A DNA stretch of 64,000 nucleotides from Dehalococcoides mccartyi (GTDB lineage: Bacteria; Chloroflexota; Dehalococcoidia; GIF9; DYGU01): positions 29,388 to 93,387 of the forward strand of contig DYGU01000002.1 of NCBI GenBank assembly GCA_020724525.1, given 5' to 3'. Positions within the stretch are counted from its first letter, which is position 1. Every line of letters begins with the position of its first letter. The position numbers and the translations under genes were made by a program. The notes under the pieces are model-generated. The model saw only the letters and a program-made list of their open reading frames with translations, was not told the DNA's origin and did not search any database. This document shows positions 1 through 8,276 of this stretch, one piece after another.

Positions 1-196
1 CGCAGTCGTCAACCCTAACATAAGCGGCGGTGTTAATTACCATATTCGGCCTGTATTTGTTAAAGACACCTTTAACTGAGTTAATGTTGCCAATTTCAAT
101 ATTGGCATGAGTGAGAGGGATAACCTGAGTATCTTGAAAAGCTCGGCAAAGGTCGCTTCCCAGTTGACCGTTGGCACCGATTATCATTACTTTCAT
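1..196 (-). CDS. rfbD: dTDP-4-dehydrorhamnose reductase, N-terminal part (gene continues beyond window start)
   Basis: Manual minus-strand translation from ATG 196..194 gives MKVMIIGANGQLGSDL...PNMVINTAAYVRVDDC, an RmlD-like Rossmann N-terminus. There is an ATGA overlap with the rfbB stop. It is absent from the ORF track because no stop lies in the window. Confidence 0.6.
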   Translation of the reverse strand, partial: MKVMIIGANGQLGSDLCRAFQDTQVIPLTHANIEIGNINSVKGVFNKYRPNMVINTAAYVRVDDC

Positions 197-1200
197 GTTT
201 GGGAATACATTCTGTGATAGTATTTAATATATTCGCCACTCTTGATTTTACGCCACCAAGACTCGTTTTCCAAATACCACTGAATGGTCCTCCTTAGACC
301 TTCTTCAAAGGATGTAGTAAGCTTCCAATGTAGCTGCTGCCTTATTTTAGTAGTATCTAAAGCATAACGGCGGTCGTGCCCGGGGCGGTCGGAAACAAAG
401 GTAATGAGGGAACGAGGCTTACCCATTATATTAAGGATGTATTTCACAAGCTCCAGGTTGGTAGTATTATTGTTGCCACCAATGTTATATATCTCGCCTG
501 GCTTGCCTTGCTGAATAATTAAGTCCAGAGCCTGACAATGGTCTGCTACATAAATCCAGTCACGCACATTTAGCCCGTTCCCATATATGGGAATTGACTT
601 GTCCTCCAGGGCGTTGGTAATAACTAAGGGAATGAGCTTCTCAGGAAACTGGAAAGGGCCGTAATTATTAGAGCAACGGGTGATAATTACTGGTAAACCA
701 TAAGTGCGATAATAAGCCCGGCATAAACAGTCGGCCGCGGCCTTACTAGCTGCATAGGGACTGTTAGGTAAAAGAGGCGACTCCTCAGTAAATTTGCCTT
801 CGGTTCCCAGTGAGCCGTAGACTTCGTCAGTTGATATGTGAAGAAATAGCTTTACTCCGTGTTGCCTGGCTCCTTCAAGAAGCACCTGGGTTCCTTGAAC
901 ATTGGTCTTAATAAAAGGTGAGGAATCAATAATGCTCCGGTCCACATGTGATTCGGCAGCGAAGTTTACTATCACATCAAAACCTTGCTTGAGGACTTTA
1001 TCGACAACTTTTCTATTAGCAATATCGCCTTTAACAAAAAGGTACCGAGGGCAACTATCAACATCTCTTAAACTGTCTAAGTTTCCGGCGTAAGTGAGCT
1101 TGTCCAGATTGGTGATTTCCCAATCAGGATGCCTGCTCAACACATAGCGAATAAAATTACTCCCAATGAACCCAGCTCCACCAGTTACCAGAACTTTCAT
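193..1200 (-). CDS. rfbB: dTDP-glucose 4,6-dehydratase
   Basis: 335 aa. Motifs TGGAGFIGSNF (Rossmann) and YAASKAAAD (YxxxK), with typical RmlB length. Confidence 0.93.
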   Translation of the reverse strand: MKVLVTGGAGFIGSNFIRYVLSRHPDWEITNLDKLTYAGNLDSLRDVDSCPRYLFVKGDIANRKVVDKVLKQGFDVIVNFAAESHVDRSIIDSSPFIKTNVQGTQVLLEGARQHGVKLFLHISTDEVYGSLGTEGKFTEESPLLPNSPYAASKAAADCLCRAYYRTYGLPVIITRCSNNYGPFQFPEKLIPLVITNALEDKSIPIYGNGLNVRDWIYVADHCQALDLIIQQGKPGEIYNIGGNNNTTNLELVKYILNIMGKPRSLITFVSDRPGHDRRYALDTTKIRQQLHWKLTTSFEEGLRRTIQWYLENESWWRKIKSGEYIKYYHRMYSQT

Positions 1201-1209
1201 TGTTATCTG

Positions 1210-2280
1210 CTACGGCAGTTCGATTTTAGCATCATTACTGACAAAAAGTCTGACTGCCTTAAAATCTTGTTCTTGTTTGACTACCCTGGTATCCCTGCCA
1301 ACAATACTATCAGCCAGGCGCTCAATGTTAAAAATATAACAATTCTCCAGGAACACCGAATGCTCTATCGCCGAATTCTCGATCATACTGCCAGCACCTA
1401 TACTCGTAAAAGGTCCGACAAAAGACTTCTTAATCTGGCATTTTTCAGCAATAGACGCTGGACCCCGGATAAGGCTCTGTTCCACCTTGGCTCCCTGTCT
1501 GATTTCCACCCTGCCGACTACCTGGCTTTGGGAGTCAACCTCCCCCTGGATGTCTCGTTTTAAGTATTCATCGAGTACTACCCGATTTGCCTCAAGGAGG
1601 TCATCCTTTTTCCCGGTATCAAGCCACCAGCCAGTAAGGATATAACTTCTAACGTTTTTCCCCATGTCTAAGAGTTTTTGAATGGCGTCAGTGATCTCGA
1701 GTTCTCCTCGACGGGAAGGTTTTATCTGGGTAATGGCATGGTGAACTTCTGAAGTAAAAAGATAAGCTCCCACCAAAGCTAAATTGCTTTTGGGCTCCTC
1801 AGGCTTCTCGACTAACCGAATCACTTTACCAGAAGGATCAACCTCAGCAACACCAAAGAGGCGAGGGTCAGGGACTTCTTTGAGCAAAATAAGGGCTTCG
1901 GGGTGATACCTATTAAATTCCTCAACAAAAGGCTTAACGCCACCCTGAATGAGATTATCGCCTAGGAACATAAGAAATGGAGAACCGCCAAGAAAATCTT
2001 GAGCTATTTTCACCGCATGAGCCAGCCCAAGGGGCTCGGGCTGTAAGATATAGGTGATTCGGACACCGCATCTTGAGCCATTTTCTACAGCCTCTTTTAT
2101 AAAGGGATTGGTTTCTGGAGAAACGATAATGCCAATAACTTTAATGCCTGCCTCTTTAATCTGTTCAAGAACATAAAACAAGATAGGCTTATTGGCAACA
2201 GGCAAAAGCTGCTTGGGCATGGTGGTGGTGAGAGGCTTAAGCCTTGTTCCTTTGCCGCCAGCTAATACTAAAGCCTTCAT
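1210..2280 (-). CDS. rfbA: glucose-1-phosphate thymidylyltransferase, long form with C-terminal left-handed beta-helix domain
   Basis: 356 aa. N-terminus is [18 protein letters not shown] (GGxGTRL). The hexapeptide-like C-terminal extension is typical of the long RmlA form. Confidence 0.85.
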   Translation of the reverse strand: MKALVLAGGKGTRLKPLTTTMPKQLLPVANKPILFYVLEQIKEAGIKVIGIIVSPETNPFIKEAVENGSRCGVRITYILQPEPLGLAHAVKIAQDFLGGSPFLMFLGDNLIQGGVKPFVEEFNRYHPEALILLKEVPDPRLFGVAEVDPSGKVIRLVEKPEEPKSNLALVGAYLFTSEVHHAITQIKPSRRGELEITDAIQKLLDMGKNVRSYILTGWWLDTGKKDDLLEANRVVLDEYLKRDIQGEVDSQSQVVGRVEIRQGAKVEQSLIRGPASIAEKCQIKKSFVGPFTSIGAGSMIENSAIEHSVFLENCYIFNIERLADSIVGRDTRVVKQEQDFKAVRLFVSNDAKIELP

Positions 2281-4321
2281 CTTTCTTATAATTATATCTC
2301 AAATTGAGAATAGACGAGAGAGCATAAAGGGTAACGGCACTGTGAGCCCCGAGCCAGGCATAGCCAATGCCGGTTATTCCTGTGGTTGGCATTAGAAAAT
2401 AACTCGTGGCAAGGATAGTTATGACTATGAAGCCCCAGACTGTTATTAGCTCCCGGAGCCTTCCAGTTACCCTGAGGACAGTAGAATAAATTAAATTAAC
2501 TCCTAAAGGTAAAGCGGAGAGCGTTAGTAGCTGGAGTAGTTTTAAGGCGTGTATAGAGTAGCTTTCGCCAAAGACGAGAAGGAGCCATTTCCCAAAGAGA
2601 AGGAAGGCAGCAATACTAGGAACTAACAATAATGAGGTAAACTTAAGAGACCGGACAATATTTTCTGTCAGCTTCTCCTGGGAATAAGAGCCCTCGGCAA
2701 AAAGGGATGAGGAGACAGCCCCGGGTATAAAAAAGAGCAGGCTGGCTATCATCAAGGAAATGTAGAAGTAAGCATTAGCTTCAGCACCAAGAACGTTCAC
2801 CACCAAGAGAGGCAAGAACCAAGAAAAGGCACTAAAAACAAGCGAAACCAGATAATTACCTCCGGAATATTTCCAGGTGTCTCGAACTAAGGGAATACTT
2901 AAGGCAGGCACTGGTCTATAGCCAGCTTGCACCCGGGGCAGAAAAAGAAAAACAACAAGGGCCAAGGTAACTGCTATAGCTATGGTCAGGGCGCCGATAA
3001 TGCCGAAACTGTAGAAAAAGAAAGATAAGAGGATAACCAAAGGAATCTTGAGGAGCGCGTGAATGTTATTCTGAAGAAAGGTGAATTTGGCACGGCGATG
3101 AGCGATGAAAACACAGCCAGCCAAGCTGGAAATTGTCCATAGTACCACAAGAAGGACAAAGATTAAGGAAAGAGCTAGGTTCTCCTTAAGATAGTTGAGG
3201 GCTGGTGACCACAGGCTAATTCCAGCAAGAAAGATAGTGGCGGAAAGAAAGCCGACAAGACCGCCAATAGTGAAGGTAGTATTGCTTAATTGATGAGGTT
3301 TTTCAGACTGGGGGAGAAACCGGATAAGGGAGGAGTCAAAACCCAAGGAGCTCAACATAATCAGAACCATGGCTGCAGAGATAACGGCTGAGGCGAAACC
3401 AACGTCAGCCGTACTGTAAAGACGGGCAACCACTACCCAGAAAACGAAGTTGAGAAAAGCCATAGCAATCGTGTTTGCCATCAGATACAAAGCATTTGTG
3501 TAGAGGGGAGGTGCCAGAATTTGCTTCAGCCATTCTACTGGCGTCAGCCGAAGCTTGATGACATCCCAGGCAACGCCGAGTCCGTGAACCACGGGATTAC
3601 TGCTGGAAGCATGAGAGTGGTAAACGCAGGAAATGGGTATTTCGGTGATAGGAAAGCCTTTGTTTCTGGCCTGGATTAGGACCTGGACGCTGAAGCCAAA
3701 GCCGTCCTCAGTCAGGTTAAGGGCTTCAAGCAACTTCCGGCTATGGGCACGAAAGCAGCTCTGGGCATCGGAGACTTTTGCTTTTGAGCCAAAATTGTAA
3801 AGAAAAGTGATGACATCAATGCCAAATTTGCGGTAGCGAGGAATCGTTTTAGAGAGATTGCTTCGGCTCTGCCTCGCAATGACAGGGGGTGGGCGCCTCG
3901 CAATGACGTTGTAGGGGGGGGGATTGCTTCGGGGCTTTGCCCCTTGCAATGACAAAGAGAGGAGGAAGCGGGAGCCGATGACCAGGTCAGACTGCCGGTT
4001 AGCAACCGGGGCGATAACCCGGGGGATTTCGTCAGGGTTGTGTTGACCATCACCGTCTAAAGTAACGACAATGTCGGCACCATTCTTCAAAGCGGCTTCA
4101 AAGCCAGTTTTGGTGGCAGCACCAGCGCCTCTTCTGGAGCTGTGCCTGATAACATTAGCTCCAGCGGCGGAGGCGGCGTCACCGGTGCTGTCATTAGAGC
4201 CATCATCAATGACGATGACCTGGTCAACATATTTCCGGGCTTGGGAGACTATTTCGCCAATAAAAGGCTGCTCGTTGTAAGCCGGGATGACAGCAATAAC
4301 TTTAGGATGCTTCTCAGTCAT
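2237..4321 (-). CDS. fusion protein: N-terminal family-2 glycosyltransferase (DPM1-like) plus C-terminal multi-TM polysaccharide flippase-like (Wzx/MOP-like) domain
   Basis: 694 aa. The N-terminus ([26 protein letters not shown]) is a GT2 DxD-type fold. The C-terminal ~430 aa are strongly hydrophobic with many predicted TM segments. The 3' end overlaps rfbA by 44 nt. Confidence 0.8.
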   Translation of the reverse strand: MTEKHPKVIAVIPAYNEQPFIGEIVSQARKYVDQVIVIDDGSNDSTGDAASAAGANVIRHSSRRGAGAATKTGFEAALKNGADIVVTLDGDGQHNPDEIPRVIAPVANRQSDLVIGSRFLLSLSLQGAKPRSNPPPYNVIARRPPPVIARQSRSNLSKTIPRYRKFGIDVITFLYNFGSKAKVSDAQSCFRAHSRKLLEALNLTEDGFGFSVQVLIQARNKGFPITEIPISCVYHSHASSSNPVVHGLGVAWDVIKLRLTPVEWLKQILAPPLYTNALYLMANTIAMAFLNFVFWVVVARLYSTADVGFASAVISAAMVLIMLSSLGFDSSLIRFLPQSEKPHQLSNTTFTIGGLVGFLSATIFLAGISLWSPALNYLKENLALSLIFVLLVVLWTISSLAGCVFIAHRRAKFTFLQNNIHALLKIPLVILLSFFFYSFGIIGALTIAIAVTLALVVFLFLPRVQAGYRPVPALSIPLVRDTWKYSGGNYLVSLVFSAFSWFLPLLVVNVLGAEANAYFYISLMIASLLFFIPGAVSSSLFAEGSYSQEKLTENIVRSLKFTSLLLVPSIAAFLLFGKWLLLVFGESYSIHALKLLQLLTLSALPLGVNLIYSTVLRVTGRLRELITVWGFIVITILATSYFLMPTTGITGIGYAWLGAHSAVTLYALSSILNLRYNYKKDEGFSISWRQRNKA
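3855..3953. repeat. cluster of gattgcttcgg...cgcaatgac repeat units lying in-frame inside the GT2 domain, including a G9/C9 homopolymer (3914-3922)
   Basis: The units gagattgcttcggctctgcctcgcaatgac, ggcgcctcgcaatgac and ggattgcttcggggctttgccccttgcaatgac encode [37 protein letters not shown]. The same motif family recurs at 8130-8264. Confidence 0.85.
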
Positions 4322-4866
4322 TATTCAAAGACTTCTGAGAGATTCACAGACAACTTAGGGAAGGTGAGTGAAACCAGGGTCTGAGTGTAAATGCCGAGCG
4401 TTTCAAAGCCTTTTTGCCCGAGCCGGGTTACTTCAATGGCTCGTTTCTCCGGGTCAACCAGCCAGTATTCCTTAACCCCGTGGCGAGCATAAAGAGTGCG
4501 TTTGTAGGTCCGGTCTCTCTCCGCAGTTGCTGGAGAAAGGATTTCTATAATTAAGTCAGGCGCCCCTTGAACGTTTTCCTTGGAGATGATTTGGGAACGT
4601 TCCTTTGAGACAAAGAAGATGTCTGGCTGAACTACATCCTCGTCGGAGAGAACCACATCCAGAGGGGCATGATAGATAAATCCCGGGTCATGCCTGGACA
4701 AAAAATCTCCCAAAATACGTTCTAAATTCCACGAAATTCTCTGGTGATAAGTAGTCGGTGATGGAACCATAATAAGCTCTCCTCCCAAAAGTTCATAACG
4801 CTTGGTCTCAGATTCGGGCAAGTTTCTATAATCCTTGTAAGTGAATTTAATTTTAGCTTTCGGCAC
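4321..4866 (-). CDS. Uma2 (DUF820) family restriction-endonuclease-like protein
   Basis: 181 aa. Motifs YELLGGELIMVPSPTTYHQ and PDLIIEILSPATAERDRTYKRTLYARHGVKEYWLVDP (PD-(D/E)xK-like). GTG start. Its stop overlaps the GT start as TAATG. Confidence 0.85.
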   Translation of the reverse strand: MPKAKIKFTYKDYRNLPESETKRYELLGGELIMVPSPTTYHQRISWNLERILGDFLSRHDPGFIYHAPLDVVLSDEDVVQPDIFFVSKERSQIISKENVQGAPDLIIEILSPATAERDRTYKRTLYARHGVKEYWLVDPEKRAIEVTRLGQKGFETLGIYTQTLVSLTFPKLSVNLSEVFE

Positions 4867-4974
4867 GTTCTACCTGACCTTTTTAGTGACTATCCACAAT
4901 TATAATATATTCCGCACGATTGAGCCTTGCTTTGACATAACACAAAAAGAATTTGACGAATCCTCAATTCATCA

Positions 4975-5301
4975 CTAAAGTTCCCTTGCTGTAGCTAAAA
5001 CTTCCTTGAGGAAAATCCTTTCCTTCATCTCTTCAAATTCTGGTTCAGTATAAACCAGTGGCTCTACTGGTAGGGAAGTCAAATCAAAAATCTTCTTTAT
5101 GCGCTGTGGCATCTTGCCATCAAATTCACCTACTATGATAAGGTCTATATCACTACCCTCATTGAAATTGCCCTTAGCGAAGGAGCCATAAAGATAAACC
5201 TTCTTCACTTTATGCTTGCTCTTAAGAAGATTAGCTAATTCCCTGAGCTGCTCATAAATCTTTTCACTGTCTTCAACATTAACTCGGCATAACTTATACA
5301 C
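4975..5301 (-). CDS. minimal nucleotidyltransferase (MNT), antitoxin-type partner of HEPN
   Basis: 108 aa with the motif LYGSFAKGNFNEGSDIDL (GSx10-ish DxD). It overlaps the upstream HEPN gene. Confidence 0.85.
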   Translation of the reverse strand: MYKLCRVNVEDSEKIYEQLRELANLLKSKHKVKKVYLYGSFAKGNFNEGSDIDLIIVGEFDGKMPQRIKKIFDLTSLPVEPLVYTEPEFEEMKERIFLKEVLATAREL

Positions 5302-5636
5302 TGTTCAGCATCCTCCGGTGAATAATATTCAGCTGGAATTTCGTTACCTACTAAACCATCAGGATATCTCGTAGGAATGTAATAGGTATCCAGAACCTTC
5401 CCCTGGCCAACCAAATTGCTGAAATCCTTCTCATATTTTGAGCAATCTAAAACTAAGTCTCTTATAGAGTGAGTCAATATAGCTCGCAAGCCTTTAGAAT
5501 AAAGGAAGGCTTTTAAAGCCTTCTCAGCAGCTTGCTGCGACTGAAAACAGGCCCATTCGTAATGCTTAGCCGTAAGACTGTCTCGGGCACTCTCTAAGTC
5601 TTTTTCGGCTTGTCTTAGCCACCTTTTCTCTTCCAT
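5235..5636 (-). CDS. HEPN domain protein (toxin-type partner of MNT)
   Basis: 133 aa. Pattern QQAAEKALKAFL...THSIRDL...YIPTRYPD is typical of HEPN proteins paired with MNT. Confidence 0.8.
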   Translation of the reverse strand: MEEKRWLRQAEKDLESARDSLTAKHYEWACFQSQQAAEKALKAFLYSKGLRAILTHSIRDLVLDCSKYEKDFSNLVGQGKVLDTYYIPTRYPDGLVGNEIPAEYYSPEDAEQCISYAELMLKTVKRFMSSSGN

Positions 5637-5663
5637 AGGTTACTATAGTAGCCTAATCATTGC

Positions 5664-5951
5664 TTACTTGACAGTGAGGAAGTTCTTGATGCGAAGCTTT
5701 ACTACTGTGAAGGCAACACCAGGCGGCTTCAAAGCTAGTCCTGGTGGCAGCACCAGCGCTTCTTCTGTGTTGTGCCTTATAACATTAGCTCCGGCGGCTG
5801 AGGCGGCGTCACCGGTGCTGTCATTAGAGCCATCGTCAATGATGATGACCTGGTCAACATATTTCCGGGCTTGGGTAACTATATCACCAACGAAGGACTG
5901 CTCGTTGTAAGCCGGGATGACAGTGATAACTTCAGGGTGGTTCAGCATCAT
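5664..5951 (-). pseudogene. truncated, frameshifted copy of the N-terminus of the GT2-flippase gene
   Basis: Nucleotide homology to 4071-4321 runs from the start codon to about 5722. There is a 1-nt deletion relative to the full copy near 5765-5775. Protein identity is lost after NVIRH. Confidence 0.8.
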
Positions 5952-6124
5952 TACTGTTTCCTACTTTTCTCTCCTTTATTCGAGCTTCTATAGGCACAAG
6001 AGCCGAAAAGGATAATCTTCTGCCGATCTACTGCTTTGACAATGCGGGAAACAACTTCCTGAACTATGCCTTATCTACACTCTCTAAACTTCTACCATTC
6101 ACCTCTTTGCTTCCTTCTTGTCCC

Positions 6125-6517
6125 TTATAACATAAAGGGCAAGCCTTTAATTAACTTTTCTGTCGTTGGATCTACCCGATAGCCCATTTGCTCCAGGGCG
6201 ACAATCCCTATAAGCGGTGTAGTTTTAGAAGGTCTAATAATAGTAAGGCATCCGGCAATCCTTTCTTCGATTTCCACTATAGCGAATGTCAAGCCAAGTT
6301 TTCTTACCCCTTCCATGGTTTCGCCATCAATTTCCCCGAGCGAGGATAAGCCTAAAGTGTTGATTAATTCCTGCGGCAAAGCCGGAAAGGTGGAACCGGT
6401 GTCAACCAGAGCTCCTACCTCTACCCTTTTTACTTCTTCGAATTTTCGTTTACCCTCCCGGTATTCAATATATTCTATTGGGTTATAGAAACTGGCTTTA
6501 GTGTGAATATGACCCAT
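6125..6517 (-). CDS. single-domain retropepsin-like (clan AA) aspartic protease
   Basis: 130 aa. Has an ALVDTGSTF active-site-like motif and a C-terminal PLIGIVALEQMGYRVDP. This resembles the archaeal/bacterial DTGF-type small protease family. Confidence 0.7.
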   Translation of the reverse strand: MGHIHTKASFYNPIEYIEYREGKRKFEEVKRVEVGALVDTGSTFPALPQELINTLGLSSLGEIDGETMEGVRKLGLTFAIVEIEERIAGCLTIIRPSKTTPLIGIVALEQMGYRVDPTTEKLIKGLPFML

Positions 6518-6529
6518 TTTTGCCTCACT

Positions 6530-6889
6530 TTATACCATGAGCAACTCTACCGGCTTTAATTTCTTTGTTATCGGGTCTAATTGATAACCCAGGGATTCTA
6601 AGGCGGTGATTCCAAGGATGGGAATATCTTCCCTTTCGCCGAATATTACAGGGACGCCGGCACGAGCCTGCTCGTATTCAATTACGGCAACACCTATATC
6701 TCTGTCTACAACAGCTCCTCCAAAAGCTCTTAGTTTCCTTTGGCTAAACGGCTCAAGCCTGAGCTCCTTAAGTAGGGAACGGGGGACAGTGGTAAAAAGG
6801 GCGCCGCTATCTACCAAAAGCTCGATTTCCTCTGCCTTTGTTAAATTGGCGGGACTATAAATTTTCACTTTAACGTTTGTAAACCCCAT
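6530..6889 (-). CDS. single-domain retropepsin-like (clan AA) aspartic protease, divergent paralogue
   Basis: 119 aa. Has an LLVDSGALF motif and a C-terminal PILGITALESLGYQLDP. It lies 12 bp upstream of the second protease gene. Confidence 0.7.
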   Translation of the reverse strand: MGFTNVKVKIYSPANLTKAEEIELLVDSGALFTTVPRSLLKELRLEPFSQRKLRAFGGAVVDRDIGVAVIEYEQARAGVPVIFGEREDIPILGITALESLGYQLDPITKKLKPVELLMV

Positions 6890-7434
6890 TAAAAGACCTC
6901 GGAAAGGTTGAGGGACAATCCCGGGAGTATTGGTGAGGTCAGGGTCTTGTTATAGACGCCTACTTGCTGGAAACCTTCCTCAGTCAATATCATTACTTCT
7001 ATGGTTCGCTTGTCAGGGTCGACGAGCCAGTATTCTTTGACGCCATTTCGGGCATAAAGGGTGCGCTTATAGGTTCGGTCTCTTTCGGCTGTTGCCGGGG
7101 ACAGGATTTCTATAATTAAGTCCGGGGCTCCTTGAATGTTCTCCTCAGTGATGATTTGTGAATGCTCTTTTAAGATAAAGATGATATCAGGCTGGGCTAC
7201 GTCCTGCTCAGAAAAGACAACGTCCAAAGGGGCATTATAAATAAAACCTAAATCGTGCTTTCGGACAAGATCCCATAAAATATGCTCCAGATTTCTCGAA
7301 ATTCTCTGATGATACGTAGTTGGTGACGGAACCATAATAAGTTCTCCTTCCAGAAGCTCGTAGCGCTTGGTCTCAGACTCAGGCAGGTTTTTGTAGTCCT
7401 GATAAGTAAATTTGATTTTAGATTTCGGCATCAC
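6889..7434 (-). CDS. Uma2 (DUF820) family restriction-endonuclease-like protein, paralogue of 4321..4866
   Basis: Roughly 70 percent identical by eye to the other copy. The likely start is ATG 7431. Its stop overlaps the protease start as TAATG. Confidence 0.85.
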   Translation of the reverse strand: MMPKSKIKFTYQDYKNLPESETKRYELLEGELIMVPSPTTYHQRISRNLEHILWDLVRKHDLGFIYNAPLDVVFSEQDVAQPDIIFILKEHSQIITEENIQGAPDLIIEILSPATAERDRTYKRTLYARNGVKEYWLVDPDKRTIEVMILTEEGFQQVGVYNKTLTSPILPGLSLNLSEVF

Positions 7435-7510
7435 ACTGTTCCTTCCTTACCTTATTTTGTAAATTTCCTTTAGTTCCAGTTGAGGATTATAATGGAGACC
7501 TTAGGGTGAT

Positions 7511-7987
7511 TCACAATTCCTTCACCCTACTGGCAAGCTTTTTAACATCCTCTGCTGCTTCCTTCACAGATTCGGGTGGAAGCCAGGCTTCGTAGAAATT
7601 CTGATGAAGTGTAATCGCAGACCTCCATAATCTATTTAGCTCTGGGTCGCCTGTTTCCTCACGCAACTTGAATGCATATTTATGTAACTCGCCATGACTT
7701 CTTAGCTCTTCACCACGCTTAGCCGCTACAGATTTAACAATCTGTGATGCTGCCCCCCAGAATTTCTCTGAGGCTTGGATATAGTCCTTTTTTGATAATA
7801 GCTCGTCCCCCTCGCGGAGATACTTCTCACTAAGCTTAAGATATGCCTCTGCCTTAACTTCTGGATCATCGCTAACCTGAAAAATAATAGCCTTTAGTAT
7901 GATCTCTTCTAAAGGTAAGTCTTCTGATTTCGCTTTCTGCTGAAGTTTTTCAAGCAACATCTCAGGTATTTCAAGGGTTATGTTCAT
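7511..7987 (-). CDS. PaREP1-like protein (archaeal-type helical family) with short N-terminal extension
   Basis: 158 aa. The pattern AEAYLKLSEKYLREGDELL..KDYIQASEKFWGAASQIVK...LHQNFYEAWL matches my recollection of the PaREP1 family signature. Confidence 0.55.
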   Translation of the reverse strand: MNITLEIPEMLLEKLQQKAKSEDLPLEEIILKAIIFQVSDDPEVKAEAYLKLSEKYLREGDELLSKKDYIQASEKFWGAASQIVKSVAAKRGEELRSHGELHKYAFKLREETGDPELNRLWRSAITLHQNFYEAWLPPESVKEAAEDVKKLASRVKEL

Positions 7988-8129
7988 ATTTCCATCCTTT
8001 TCAGTCTATTCAAGCTTAACCAACCCTTTTTATCGCTTCTTCAGGAGAGATCCTGTTGGACAAGCTTTTGAGGCGTTCTCTTCAAATACACAACACTATT
8101 ATACCTTATACCGTCAAGCCTATTTTAAT

Positions 8130-8264
8130 GAGATTGATTGCTAACCCCATTCTGTCATTGCAAGGGGCGTTAGCCCCGAAGCCTTGTCCTGAGTGAAACG
8201 AGGGAACTCCATAAGATTGCCACGCCTGCGGCTCGCAATGACGGGGAGAAATTGCTAATCACTC
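8130..8264. repeat. intergenic composite repeat with inverted gtcattgcaagg / ctcgcaatgac modules and MITE-like ends
   Basis: The left end is gagattgattgctaacc. The reverse complement of the right end is gagtgattagcaattt. The internal modules are the same motif family as 3855-3953. No clean target-site duplication was seen. Confidence 0.6.
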
Positions 8265-8276
8265 TTTTTTCCTCAG

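Noticed and set aside
3712-4053. 113-aa minus-strand ORF in an alternative frame of the GT2 domain
   Set aside because: It is kept open only because the repeat block 3855-3953 lacks stops in two frames. The GT frame is continuous over 694 aa and carries the GT2 motifs.
3855-8264. Possibility that the cgcaatgac / gtcattgc repeats are a CRISPR array
   Set aside because: There are only two or three units per site, with irregular spacing and mixed orientation. One cluster lies inside an open reading frame. There are no cas genes in the window.
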